IMG/VR virus record: IMGVR_UViG_3300012953_000083
Span: 1-36,696 of that record
DNA length: 36,696 nucleotides
Strand: one strand, 5' to 3'
Source of the DNA: a virus
Taxonomy: Duplodnaviria; Caudoviricetes
Below, in pieces: positions 9,632-18,960 of this stretch. The notes under the pieces were generated by a model. That model was not told where the DNA came from. It did no database searches and worked only from the letters and a program-made list of their open reading frames with translations. The translations under genes were made by a program, and so were the position numbers. Every line of letters starts with the position of its first letter. Within the stretch, counting starts at the first letter, position 1.

Positions 9632-11176
9632 ATGTCTAGCATTGGTTACGGACTGTATAATTATGGTATTGCTGATTACGGCACACCTACTTATCATTTT
9701 GGAGAGGCAACTATTTCTGGAACTTCAGGAATATCGCCTTCTCCAAGTCTTGTATATACATTAACAAATGAAACAATAAATGCTGTTGCAGGAATTTCTG
9801 CAGTTGGCAATCACATTTTTAATGTAACAAGCTCCATATCTGCTGCATCAACTATGCCAAATGCAGGTACAAGACTTGCTGTTGGTGTACCTTTACCAAT
9901 GGTACAAAATAGCGGTTGGTTAGCTCATGGCACTCAAGTAGATCAAGCAGAATCATACATACAAGTAGATTCAGGTTTTAATTCTTTTGCAAGTCCAATT
10001 TTTATTGGTGTCTCAGCAACTACTCAATCTTCTGGTTTAACAGCTTCAGGAATACAAATAGATTTAGGAGCTTCGACAATACCGGCAGTAGCAAACTTTA
10101 CTTCTATTGGTACACAAATTGATTTAGGTATTGCAGGAATATCTGCAGCAAGTGATTTCCCTAATATAATAGGAATACAAATAGACTTGGGAGCTTCAGC
10201 AGATTGTATTGAAGTTTCAAACTTGGGAACTGATACACCTTTATTTCCTAACTTAACTAAAACTATAACTACTAATGGTTATTTTGTAATAGATGGCGTT
10301 AATCAGCCAACTCTTAATTTGGCTAGTGGTTATAATTTTAAATTTGATGTTTCAGATTCTACTAATGCAAACAACACTTTTAGTTTTGCAAAAATACAAG
10401 ATGGCATAAACAACACAAATGCTTGTAAAATTTTTGTCTTAACTGATGCTTCTGGAAATGAGTATTTACAAATGTCAGGAGCTTCTGCCCTTACTACAGG
10501 TGGAGGAGCAGCAACAAACGAATTAAGAACTTTATATCATTACACAGGAGATTCTGGAACATCTCCTACCTACACAGGTTCAGCGTGGGCGTATGTTTAT
10601 CCAACTCAAGCTGTCACAGTAGATTCTAGCGTTACGGCTACAGTTTCTTATCAATTAGTAAGTGGATATTATGTGCTAACAATTAATGGCAAACCTGTTT
10701 ATCAATATTCTGGCGATACTAAATTAACGGCTAATGGAGTAGGCACAAATTGGAAAGCATTTAAAAGTGATGGCACATTACAAAACACAACTCCTTCAGG
10801 AGCTATGACTTCAGGAATTATTTATACAACAAATGTAACTAGAAGCGGTACAGCAGGAACTAGCGGAGCTTTTGTGCAATACTCTCCAAGCTCAACAGAT
10901 GATTTGGATTTATTTTATTATTCTGAAGAGAATATTAATTATGGAAGTTCTGTTGATGTTTCAAGACAATATGCAGGTATTGAATCAGTATTAGCTTTAG
11001 TTGGACCTCCTGCGGAAATGGTTGCTGCAAGTGGCATGAATTCAGCAGGAGTAAGAAGATTCTTTGGAGTTTCATTAATCAATGGCGATAGTGGATTAAG
11101 CTCTGAAGGTGTTATAAAATGGATAGAGCAAAATAATCCTAATACAGTTTGGGAAGAAAAAACTATTGCAGCATAA
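9632..11176 (+). CDS. Virion structural protein with inserted domains
   Basis: S/G/A/T-rich with repeated (G/T)QIDLG; central insert with two Yx(Y)xGD motifs. Confidence 0.75.
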   Translation: MSSIGYGLYNYGIADYGTPTYHFGEATISGTSGISPSPSLVYTLTNETINAVAGISAVGNHIFNVTSSISAASTMPNAGTRLAVGVPLPMVQNSGWLAHGTQVDQAESYIQVDSGFNSFASPIFIGVSATTQSSGLTASGIQIDLGASTIPAVANFTSIGTQIDLGIAGISAASDFPNIIGIQIDLGASADCIEVSNLGTDTPLFPNLTKTITTNGYFVIDGVNQPTLNLASGYNFKFDVSDSTNANNTFSFAKIQDGINNTNACKIFVLTDASGNEYLQMSGASALTTGGGAATNELRTLYHYTGDSGTSPTYTGSAWAYVYPTQAVTVDSSVTATVSYQLVSGYYVLTINGKPVYQYSGDTKLTANGVGTNWKAFKSDGTLQNTTPSGAMTSGIIYTTNVTRSGTAGTSGAFVQYSPSSTDDLDLFYYSEENINYGSSVDVSRQYAGIESVLALVGPPAEMVAASGMNSAGVRRFFGVSLINGDSGLSSEGVIKWIEQNNPNTVWEEKTIAA

Positions 11177-11194
11177 ATTTATAGGTAATTAAAA

Positions 11195-12418
11195 ATGGCA
11201 GATACATATACAACTAATTTAAACTTAACTAAACCTGAAGTAGGTAGTTCTACTGATACTTGGGGAACAAAGTTAAATACAGATTTAGATACCCTTGATG
11301 GTATTTTTTCTGCTACTGGAACAGAAATAAATGTCAGATTTAATTCAGCAAACTTTGACGATAATAAAAGAGCAATATTTGGAAATGGAGATGATATGCA
11401 CATATATCACTCAGGCACAGATTCAATTATTCAAGATGTTGGGCAAGGTAATTTAAAATTATTAGCTTCAAATCTATCCATAAATAATTCCGGAGATACT
11501 CAAAGCTATTTAACAGCTAATGATGGAGGCGATTTAATTCTTTACAAAGCCGGTTCAGAAAAAGCTAGAACTAGCACAGATGGTTTTAATGTCACAGGCA
11601 GAGGAACTTTTACTGCTTCTGATTTTCAAATTAAAGCAAGTAATGGTACAGATGAGCCGTGGTTTTTAAGAGCAAAAGCTGGTGGCAATTTAGCTTTACA
11701 CAAAAACGGAACAGGAGATGTTGTAGAAATAACTGCTTCTGGTATTCCTTACAGCAGTTTGACAGGAACTCCAACAATCCCAACGAATAATAATCAGCTT
11801 ACGAATGGAGCGGGATATGTCACCACAAACACAACTTATTCTGCGGGAACAGGACTTGCTTTAAGTGGTACGACATTTAGTGTGAATTTAGCTTCTGGAA
11901 ATGCTTTATCTTCTGGAAATTGGATTAGAAGCACTGATGGAGAAAATAGATTTTATTTTACTCACAGTGGCACTACTTATTTTGGGTCAGGAAGCGAGTA
12001 TGTCTTTAGAAATGCTAGTGATGTTGATCGCTTTATTATTGATAGTGCAGGTAGTGGATTCTTTGATGGAAATGTCACAGCTTATTATTCAGATGAAAGA
12101 TTAAAAGATAAACAAGGCAAAATAGAAAATGCTTTAGACAAAGTTTCAAAAATAGAAACTTTTTATTTTAAAGAAAATGAATTAGCAAAATCTTTAGGAC
12201 ATGATAACGACAAAATGCAAGTGGGAGTTTCAGCACAATCTGTGAAAGCAGTATTGCCTGAGATTATAGATTTAGCTCCTTTTGACATTGATGCAGAAAC
12301 TAAAGAATCTAAATCTGGCGAAGATTATATGACTGTTGATTATGCAAAATTAACTCCATTATTAATAGAAGCAATCAAAGAATTAAAAGACGAGCTTAAA
12401 GAATTAAGAGGAGTCTAA
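11195..12418 (+). CDS. Tail fibre with C-terminal intramolecular chaperone (peptidase S74)
   Basis: N-terminal LTKPEVGSSTDTWG; C-terminal SDERLK..QVGVSAQ.V..VLPE..VDYAKLTPLLIEAIKEL. Confidence 0.9.
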   Translation: MADTYTTNLNLTKPEVGSSTDTWGTKLNTDLDTLDGIFSATGTEINVRFNSANFDDNKRAIFGNGDDMHIYHSGTDSIIQDVGQGNLKLLASNLSINNSGDTQSYLTANDGGDLILYKAGSEKARTSTDGFNVTGRGTFTASDFQIKASNGTDEPWFLRAKAGGNLALHKNGTGDVVEITASGIPYSSLTGTPTIPTNNNQLTNGAGYVTTNTTYSAGTGLALSGTTFSVNLASGNALSSGNWIRSTDGENRFYFTHSGTTYFGSGSEYVFRNASDVDRFIIDSAGSGFFDGNVTAYYSDERLKDKQGKIENALDKVSKIETFYFKENELAKSLGHDNDKMQVGVSAQSVKAVLPEIIDLAPFDIDAETKESKSGEDYMTVDYAKLTPLLIEAIKELKDELKELRGV

Positions 12419-12419
12419 A

Positions 12420-12980
12420 ATGGCTTTACAAACTTCAGGAGCTATTTCACTTAATGACATTCATGTTGAAGCAGGAGGTACATCTGGAACTTCAGCATCA
12501 ATAAATGATGCAGACATTAGAGGATTAATTTCTAAAGGTTCTGGTGTACAAATGTCATTCAATGAATGGTATGGAGCAAGTAATGTTGTTCAGTATTCAG
12601 CTCCTATTGTTACAAGCAGTCAACAATTTATAAAAGCAGTATATACAGGATTTTTTATGAATCCTTCTCCAACTATTCTTTTAAATCCTATGGGAACTCT
12701 TAATGGCTCTACAGGACAATGGTCTATTGGAGGTCTTGGTATTAAAGGCATAACTACACAAATAAATTCTGGTACCACATCTCCTTGGTATTTACAAATA
12801 CATGGTACTTTAACTGCAAGTAATTGGACTTCAATCACTTATCAAACAAGTTTAGGAACAGCTACTCTTCCGGCTTCTGCTTTTACTTATTCAACAGGCA
12901 GTGCCATGAGTTCTACTGCTCATAATTATACAAATGGAGCATCACATATAATTAATGGCACAGTCACTATTACAATATAA
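12420..12980 (+). CDS. Tail-fibre-associated protein / putative adhesin
   Basis: MALQTSGAISLNDIHVEAGG..IRGL..FNEWYG N-terminus typical of genes after S74 fibres; variable-looking beta-rich C-terminus. Confidence 0.7.
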   Translation: MALQTSGAISLNDIHVEAGGTSGTSASINDADIRGLISKGSGVQMSFNEWYGASNVVQYSAPIVTSSQQFIKAVYTGFFMNPSPTILLNPMGTLNGSTGQWSIGGLGIKGITTQINSGTTSPWYLQIHGTLTASNWTSITYQTSLGTATLPASAFTYSTGSAMSSTAHNYTNGASHIINGTVTITI

Positions 12981-13132
12981 TGAACGATAAAAACAAACAA
13001 TTAAAAGAAATTCATAAATTACCTGATGGAGAAATTGTTATTCCATTTGAAGATGCAGACAAACTTCCACCACAAGATAATCCTTATCAAATAAATCCAT
13101 ATAATCCTATAACACCATCAGAGGAAATCTAA
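12980..13132 (+). CDS. Small hypothetical protein (50 aa)
   Basis: Not in ORF track; TAATG-coupled; fills gap exactly. Confidence 0.55.
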   Translation: MNDKNKQLKEIHKLPDGEIVIPFEDADKLPPQDNPYQINPYNPITPSEEI

Positions 13133-13837
13133 ATGATATTTACAATGGAAAATATAAAAATGATTAATTTGGATAATGAATTTCAATTAACAGTTTTATC
13201 AGCAAAAAATGGACAACTTATAAGCAGACACGAACTTGATGAACAACCATCTTTTGACAAAATAGAATACCTTGATGATTACAAAATAAATAAATCATTA
13301 ACAAATTATTTATTTATGGAAGGTAAAGTTAAAGTTTCTTATGAATGGGAAGCAGATGAAATAGCAGAAACAGATGTAGATAAAATTGAAGAATTATATG
13401 CAGATAATCCGGAAGATTCTTATAAAAACACAACTAGAACAGATAATTTTTATGGCTATGAAATAGATATGAAAGGGTATGTAAAAGAATGGCGAGAAAG
13501 GTCAACAAATTATGAGTTAGCAACAAATAAAGCAAGTATCGAATCAATGCAAGATGACACCATTATTATTTGTTGTTTGCAAAATGACTATGGTTTTAAA
13601 TTTTACAATGTTGATCTGCAACCAAATGAAACAATAGAAACTGAAAAACTTGGGAACATTAATTATTTATTAGTCGGCAACAAATGTGAAATTACAGTTC
13701 CTTCCCCAGATGTAGTCGGAGAAGAATTTAAATATGACTTTAATCAGTATGACTGTAAAAAATTATCTAGCAAAAAATGTTTTATAAAAAATGTTAGCGA
13801 CAAAGTTTGTCGTGTTGTGATGATATGCAAATCATAA
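13133..13837 (+). CDS. Hypothetical acidic protein (accessory)
   Basis: 234-aa ORF with GAGG SD. Confidence 0.7.
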   Translation: MIFTMENIKMINLDNEFQLTVLSAKNGQLISRHELDEQPSFDKIEYLDDYKINKSLTNYLFMEGKVKVSYEWEADEIAETDVDKIEELYADNPEDSYKNTTRTDNFYGYEIDMKGYVKEWRERSTNYELATNKASIESMQDDTIIICCLQNDYGFKFYNVDLQPNETIETEKLGNINYLLVGNKCEITVPSPDVVGEEFKYDFNQYDCKKLSSKKCFIKNVSDKVCRVVMICKS

Positions 13838-14580
13838 AAGCTTTAAAGTTTGTTAGAGCTTATACTTTTTCAAAAAGTTATATATCAGCAGATTTAAATA
13901 TTATTATGGATATGGTTAATAGTTTAGATAATAATTGTGATAAAAAATTAAAAAAAAAATTTAATCAAAATCCATATTCAAAACTTTTCTATAAACAAGA
14001 AAACCTAAAAGACACTGTTTTAAAATCAAGATACAAAAAAGGCACATTAGGAGCAGAGTTAAAAACATTTTGGAAAAATAATTCAGATGATTTATTTCAA
14101 AAAAATTACAAAATTTCACAAACCAAAGGCAAAAAAAATATTAAATATGTGCAAGGTTTTATTAACGAACATGACCTTATTCATTGTGTAAACAATCTTG
14201 ACTCTACTCCTTTAGCAGAAATATCTGTTTTAGCATTTACATTAGGTAAAGAGTTTCGTTGGAGTTTCTTTTTTATTTTACTATCTAGTTGGCTTATGGC
14301 ATTTAAAAACTCTTTTGGTAAAAAAAAAATACAAGGCAGTCTTTTTTTTAGAATAAAATATACCCCAGTTATTAGTGTTTTTAGATTAATAAAAGAAGGT
14401 TATAAAAACGGCAGAAAAACAAAATGGTTTTTAACTGTTGATTGGCATAGCTATTTAAGAACACCAATAGAAGAAGTTAGAAAAGAATTGAACATTAAAA
14501 AGTTTCCAGTTTGGGAAGAAATAAAACCCTTATGGTATGAGCTTTTAACTCATTATAAGAAAACAAACATTAAGGTATAA
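13825..14580 (+). CDS. Coq4-like metal-binding protein
   Basis: GTLG, HDLIH-x11-E motif, and C-terminal EGY..G..W..P.EEVRKELNI match the Coq4 family; ATG 13825 preferred to TTG 13807. Confidence 0.75.
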   Translation: MQIIKALKFVRAYTFSKSYISADLNIIMDMVNSLDNNCDKKLKKKFNQNPYSKLFYKQENLKDTVLKSRYKKGTLGAELKTFWKNNSDDLFQKNYKISQTKGKKNIKYVQGFINEHDLIHCVNNLDSTPLAEISVLAFTLGKEFRWSFFFILLSSWLMAFKNSFGKKKIQGSLFFRIKYTPVISVFRLIKEGYKNGRKTKWFLTVDWHSYLRTPIEEVRKELNIKKFPVWEEIKPLWYELLTHYKKTNIKV

Positions 14581-14586
14581 TTAATA

Positions 14587-16098
14587 ATGGCATTAGTACC
14601 AATAACACCTCCTGCAGGAATAGTAACAAACGGAACTGAGTATTCTAATACTGGGCGTTGGGTAGATGGTAATTTAGTTAGATTTGAAAACGGAGCTATG
14701 CAGCCGATAGGTGGGTGGAATAGATTTAAAGAAACACCTTTAGTTGGAACTCCTACTGGTATGTATGCTTACAATACTAATACAGGTAAATCAGTTATAG
14801 CAATCGGCACAAGAGAAAAAGTATATGTTCAATATAACAACATTTGGTATGACATTACTCCTACTGGTTTTATAAATGATTCTTCTGCTTCTCCATTAGG
14901 ATATGGAGCTTACACTTATAATGTTGAAAATTACGGAGATGCTCGTTCACAATCAGGATTAGATTTTAACACTAAGTCTTTTTCTTTTTCTAACTGGGGT
15001 GAATATTTAATATTTTGTTCCGGTTCAGATGGAAAAGTTTATCAGTGGCGACCTGATTCCGGTTCAGGCAGTCCAGATGCAACAGGCATACAATTAGCAA
15101 ATGCTCCAATAGGAAACACAGCTTTATTAGTATCTAATGAAAGACATTTAATTTGTTTTGGTTCTGCAAATGACCCAAGAAAAGTAGCATGGTCTTCAAG
15201 AGAAGCAAACACAGTATGGACCGCAGCCTCAACAAATACAGCAGGTGATTTAAATATACCAACAGGTGGAAGAATACTTGGAGCTGAAAAATGGAATTCA
15301 GATATTATTATATTTACAGATACCGGAATAAATAAAATGTATTACACCGGAAGTCCTTTTATATATGGCATACAAGATGCCGGTACATCTTGTGCAACTG
15401 CTTCAATTAGGTCTGTAGTATCAACTGGTAATTTTTTAGCTTGGTTTGGTGAAAATGGATTTTTTATGTATGACGGTGGGGTTAGAGAAATACCTTGTGA
15501 TGTGCATGATTACATATTTGATGACTTGCATTACCCATACAGAACTGTAACTTGCGGAGGACATAATAGTAATTTTTCAGAGATAATTTGGTTCTTTGCT
15601 GCAGGTAGTAGTAAAACCCCAAACAAATATGTTATTTGGAATTACAATTCAAACACTTGGTCCGTTGGAGAAATGGACCGTACAGTATGGTTAGATCAAG
15701 GAGTTAATGATTTTCCGTTAGCTTGTTCATCTAATGGCACAGTTTTTGAGCATGAAAGCACAACTTTATTTAACAGTGAAGGCTTAGGAAATAAAAAACC
15801 TTTTTGCACTTCTGCTCCTTTAGAAATAGCAGGTGGAGATAAAGTATCTCATGTATCGCAATTAGTAACAGACGAAGAAAGTAAAAATGTTTCAGCATTA
15901 ACTATATCTATGAAAGGTAGATTTACTCCTAATGGACCAGAAACGGATTTTGGGAGCTTTTCTTTTAATAACAGTGATGGGTACACGGATTGCAGAATTA
16001 CGGCTAGACAGGTCTCTATGACGGTCACAGGCGTTACTACAGAAACATACAAAGTAGGAAATATTAGAGCTGATGTGCAAACTAGAGGCAGGAGATAA
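14587..16098 (+). CDS. Tail nozzle / tubular B (P22 gp10-like stabilization protein)
   Basis: 503-aa beta-rich protein; PPAGI..GT.Y...RW.DGNLVRF N-terminus; position before ejection genes. Confidence 0.8.
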   Translation: MALVPITPPAGIVTNGTEYSNTGRWVDGNLVRFENGAMQPIGGWNRFKETPLVGTPTGMYAYNTNTGKSVIAIGTREKVYVQYNNIWYDITPTGFINDSSASPLGYGAYTYNVENYGDARSQSGLDFNTKSFSFSNWGEYLIFCSGSDGKVYQWRPDSGSGSPDATGIQLANAPIGNTALLVSNERHLICFGSANDPRKVAWSSREANTVWTAASTNTAGDLNIPTGGRILGAEKWNSDIIIFTDTGINKMYYTGSPFIYGIQDAGTSCATASIRSVVSTGNFLAWFGENGFFMYDGGVREIPCDVHDYIFDDLHYPYRTVTCGGHNSNFSEIIWFFAAGSSKTPNKYVIWNYNSNTWSVGEMDRTVWLDQGVNDFPLACSSNGTVFEHESTTLFNSEGLGNKKPFCTSAPLEIAGGDKVSHVSQLVTDEESKNVSALTISMKGRFTPNGPETDFGSFSFNNSDGYTDCRITARQVSMTVTGVTTETYKVGNIRADVQTRGRR

Positions 16099-16325
16099 TG
16101 GCTAGAAAAACTTTTTCACAGCCTAAAGAAACTTACGATAAGAATTATTTTTCATACTTAATATCTGAGCTTGAATCAATGACAGGTTTAACTTTAAGTA
16201 AGGGCGAAAGAATAGAAATAAATGCAGGAGATCAAACAGAGTTAGTGTTGGTGTCTCCTAATGGAACTAAATATAAATTAACTGTAAATGATGCAGGAAC
16301 AATCAGCACAACAACAGTCGTTTAA
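16098..16325 (+). CDS. Small virion protein
   Basis: LVLVSPNGTKYKLTVND.G motif; TAATG coupling. Confidence 0.7.
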   Translation: MARKTFSQPKETYDKNYFSYLISELESMTGLTLSKGERIEINAGDQTELVLVSPNGTKYKLTVNDAGTISTTTVV

Positions 16326-16686
16326 TGAGTGGGAGAGCAAATGGAAATTTGCTAAACCCTTTATAGAGAAAGCTGTAAAAAGACAGGACCTCTACTCAAT
16401 AGACGATATTGAGTGTAGAATAAGAGATGGAGTTTTCCTATTATGGGTAGGAAAAAAGTCAGCTATGGTAACTGAATGTATTGAGTTTCCACAAATGAAA
16501 ACAATGAATTTGCTTTTTTGTGGTGGAAATTATCAGGAGTTAGAATCCATGATACCTTCAATAGTGGCTTTTGCTAAAGCGTGTGGAATTAAACGCTTAC
16601 ATGGTGGAGGTCGTTTAGGGTGGCTTCGTAAAATTCCAAAAGAATTAGGCTTTAAGTCTGAATATGTAATATCAAAGGATATATAA
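16288..16686 (+). CDS. Hypothetical protein, GNAT-like fold suspected
   Basis: LW..KSA.VTE..FPQ..L.GG..FAK..G..GGR.GWLR pattern; sits before ejection proteins. Confidence 0.6.
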   Translation: MMQEQSAQQQSFNEWESKWKFAKPFIEKAVKRQDLYSIDDIECRIRDGVFLLWVGKKSAMVTECIEFPQMKTMNLLFCGGNYQELESMIPSIVAFAKACGIKRLHGGGRLGWLRKIPKELGFKSEYVISKDI

Positions 16687-16689
16687 ATT

Positions 16690-17763
16690 ATGAGTAAAGG
16701 CAAAACAGTAGTACACGAGTCATCAAAACAAGAATTTCCTGAATGGCAAAAGAAAGGTTTTGAATATCTTTTAAATCAAGGTATGGAAATTAATGAAACT
16801 CCTTTTACACCATACACAGGAGATACAGTAGCTCCGTTTACTGCAGATGAATTAGAAGCACAAAATCAATTTAGAAATATTAACGCAACCATTAAAGGAT
16901 ATGACCCTGTTGCTAGAATGTACGGAGAAACTCAAAACCGTATAGATTTAGGCAATCCATATCAAATGAATCCTAATGCTATAAACACTGATTATGGAAG
17001 AAATAATGTAAGGGAGATTGGAAGCGTATTAGATAGAAATGTTGGTTCTTATATGAACCCATATACAGACAATGTTATTAATAAAGGATTAACTGACATA
17101 AATAAATATAGACAAATGGCTCTTCAATCAGATCAAGATGCAGCTATTGGCAGTAATGCTTTTGGTGGTTCAAGATCAGCTTTACTGGAATCAGAAACAA
17201 ATAGAAATTTTGGCGACCAAGCGTCTGATTTTATTACCGGAGCAAGAGAAAGTGCTTACAATGATGCTATGGCTAATATTAGAGGAGACATGGACGCTGC
17301 TCAATTTGATGCCGGAGTAGATCAAGACTTGTTAGCTAGAAGAAATGATATGGCTTATAACTTGGGCATGAGAGATGATGACAATATGAGGTACAACACA
17401 GACCTTATGAATGACTTTACTACTAGACAAGCTGCATTAGATGAATCAAAAAGAAATTTTGACTACGGAGCTTACAACGATTTATTAGATACTCAATTTA
17501 TGAGTGCAGATGATTTGAATATGTCTGGTAATTTACAAAGAGGATTAAATCAGGCTGAGTTAGATGCAAGATACAATGAATTTATGAGGGAACAAGATCA
17601 ACCTTATACAAATCTTGCAGCTTCAACCAGTGCTATTTCAGGAGTGCCAGTATTAATTAATTCATCTGGAACTAGAACTTCACAACAAAAATTAGGCTTA
17701 GGTGATGCTTTAGGTTACTTTGCAAACTTAGGCGGTAGTTATGCTAGAGGCAGGAGCAGATAA
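16690..17763 (+). CDS. DNA ejection / internal virion protein
   Basis: YMNPY..V, AFGGSR motifs; N/Q/D-rich helical composition. Confidence 0.75.
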   Translation: MSKGKTVVHESSKQEFPEWQKKGFEYLLNQGMEINETPFTPYTGDTVAPFTADELEAQNQFRNINATIKGYDPVARMYGETQNRIDLGNPYQMNPNAINTDYGRNNVREIGSVLDRNVGSYMNPYTDNVINKGLTDINKYRQMALQSDQDAAIGSNAFGGSRSALLESETNRNFGDQASDFITGARESAYNDAMANIRGDMDAAQFDAGVDQDLLARRNDMAYNLGMRDDDNMRYNTDLMNDFTTRQAALDESKRNFDYGAYNDLLDTQFMSADDLNMSGNLQRGLNQAELDARYNEFMREQDQPYTNLAASTSAISGVPVLINSSGTRTSQQKLGLGDALGYFANLGGSYARGRSR

Positions 17764-18944
17764 TGGCTTATACACAGGACGGAAGACAAACATCTATTTT
17801 TAGTGACATAGGTGCAGCATTAAATTCAGCTTTAGGTAATAAACAATATGACCCTAGATATAAATTAAACCCTGAGTTTACAAGTGATAGAAAAAGAAAT
17901 GCAGCTATTCCTAAATACATATTAAAAACTGATGAAGAATTATTGGCAGATGAAAAAGTTAAAAATGCTACGGTAACTGCTCAACCCAATTTACCTGATG
18001 GTGTTCCTAAATTATTTGAGGCAGGACAAATTACAGACCCTTCTAAACTAGGTGATGTTCGTCTTGGACCTTTAGATTTAGGAGGAAAGTCTGTTGATGA
18101 TTATTTGATGAATGACAAACTTCAAATGATGAACAGTAATGTTTCTAATATGATGGGACAAGGCGGAACAACTTTAAATTATAATGCTCTTAACAATGCT
18201 ATGGCTCAAAATATTAATCCTAACGCTGCAGCAATTAATGAATATGTAAATCAGAACGCTTTTGCTCCTTCTCCTTCAGCTCCTTCTAAAACTCCATTTG
18301 AAGATAAGCGAACTAGGTTTGGTAATTTTATGGCTACGATTGGTGGTGACGATTACAAAACCGCAGAAGAATTAAATAATATGTCTGAAAAAGATAGAGA
18401 GGCTTATTTAAAACAAAGAGACAAACAAATGTACGGTGGTATAGCTGAAGCTATTGCTATAGGAGACGATCAATTTAACAGAAGAAATGTTAATGAAGGT
18501 GTAGCTTTAAGAGAAAAAAATGAAGCAGCTAGAGTTAAAGCAGAAAAAGAAAGACAGGGCAGACTTTCTAAAATTGAATATGGAGCTTCTTCTATACAAA
18601 ACGACCCAAGATATACAGAACAACAAAAACAAATAATTTTGAAGGACCCAAGTTTATTAGAAGAATATGCTAATGAAAATATATCTGGATTAGATGCTAA
18701 GAATATACAAGATCGAGTGTTTGCTAGTCAATACAATATGAATTTAGCTGATTTGGAACGAATAAAACAAGTTAAAGCACAATACCCTGACAGTGATGTA
18801 AAAGATATAATTAAAAAATTATCTGAAGCAGGAAAAATTAAAACTCTAAAAGGAATAAATTTAAGTTCGTTTGAAGAAGATTTAGTTGAATACTTAGGAA
18901 GATCACAAAGCATAGTTGAATCTGCAACTAAAGTTGGTAGTTAA
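17763..18944 (+). CDS. Internal virion protein (putative)
   Basis: TAATG-coupled; position between ejection genes. Confidence 0.6.
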   Translation: MAYTQDGRQTSIFSDIGAALNSALGNKQYDPRYKLNPEFTSDRKRNAAIPKYILKTDEELLADEKVKNATVTAQPNLPDGVPKLFEAGQITDPSKLGDVRLGPLDLGGKSVDDYLMNDKLQMMNSNVSNMMGQGGTTLNYNALNNAMAQNINPNAAAINEYVNQNAFAPSPSAPSKTPFEDKRTRFGNFMATIGGDDYKTAEELNNMSEKDREAYLKQRDKQMYGGIAEAIAIGDDQFNRRNVNEGVALREKNEAARVKAEKERQGRLSKIEYGASSIQNDPRYTEQQKQIILKDPSLLEEYANENISGLDAKNIQDRVFASQYNMNLADLERIKQVKAQYPDSDVKDIIKKLSEAGKIKTLKGINLSSFEEDLVEYLGRSQSIVESATKVGS

Positions 18945-18960
18945 AGATAAATCTTGAGAA

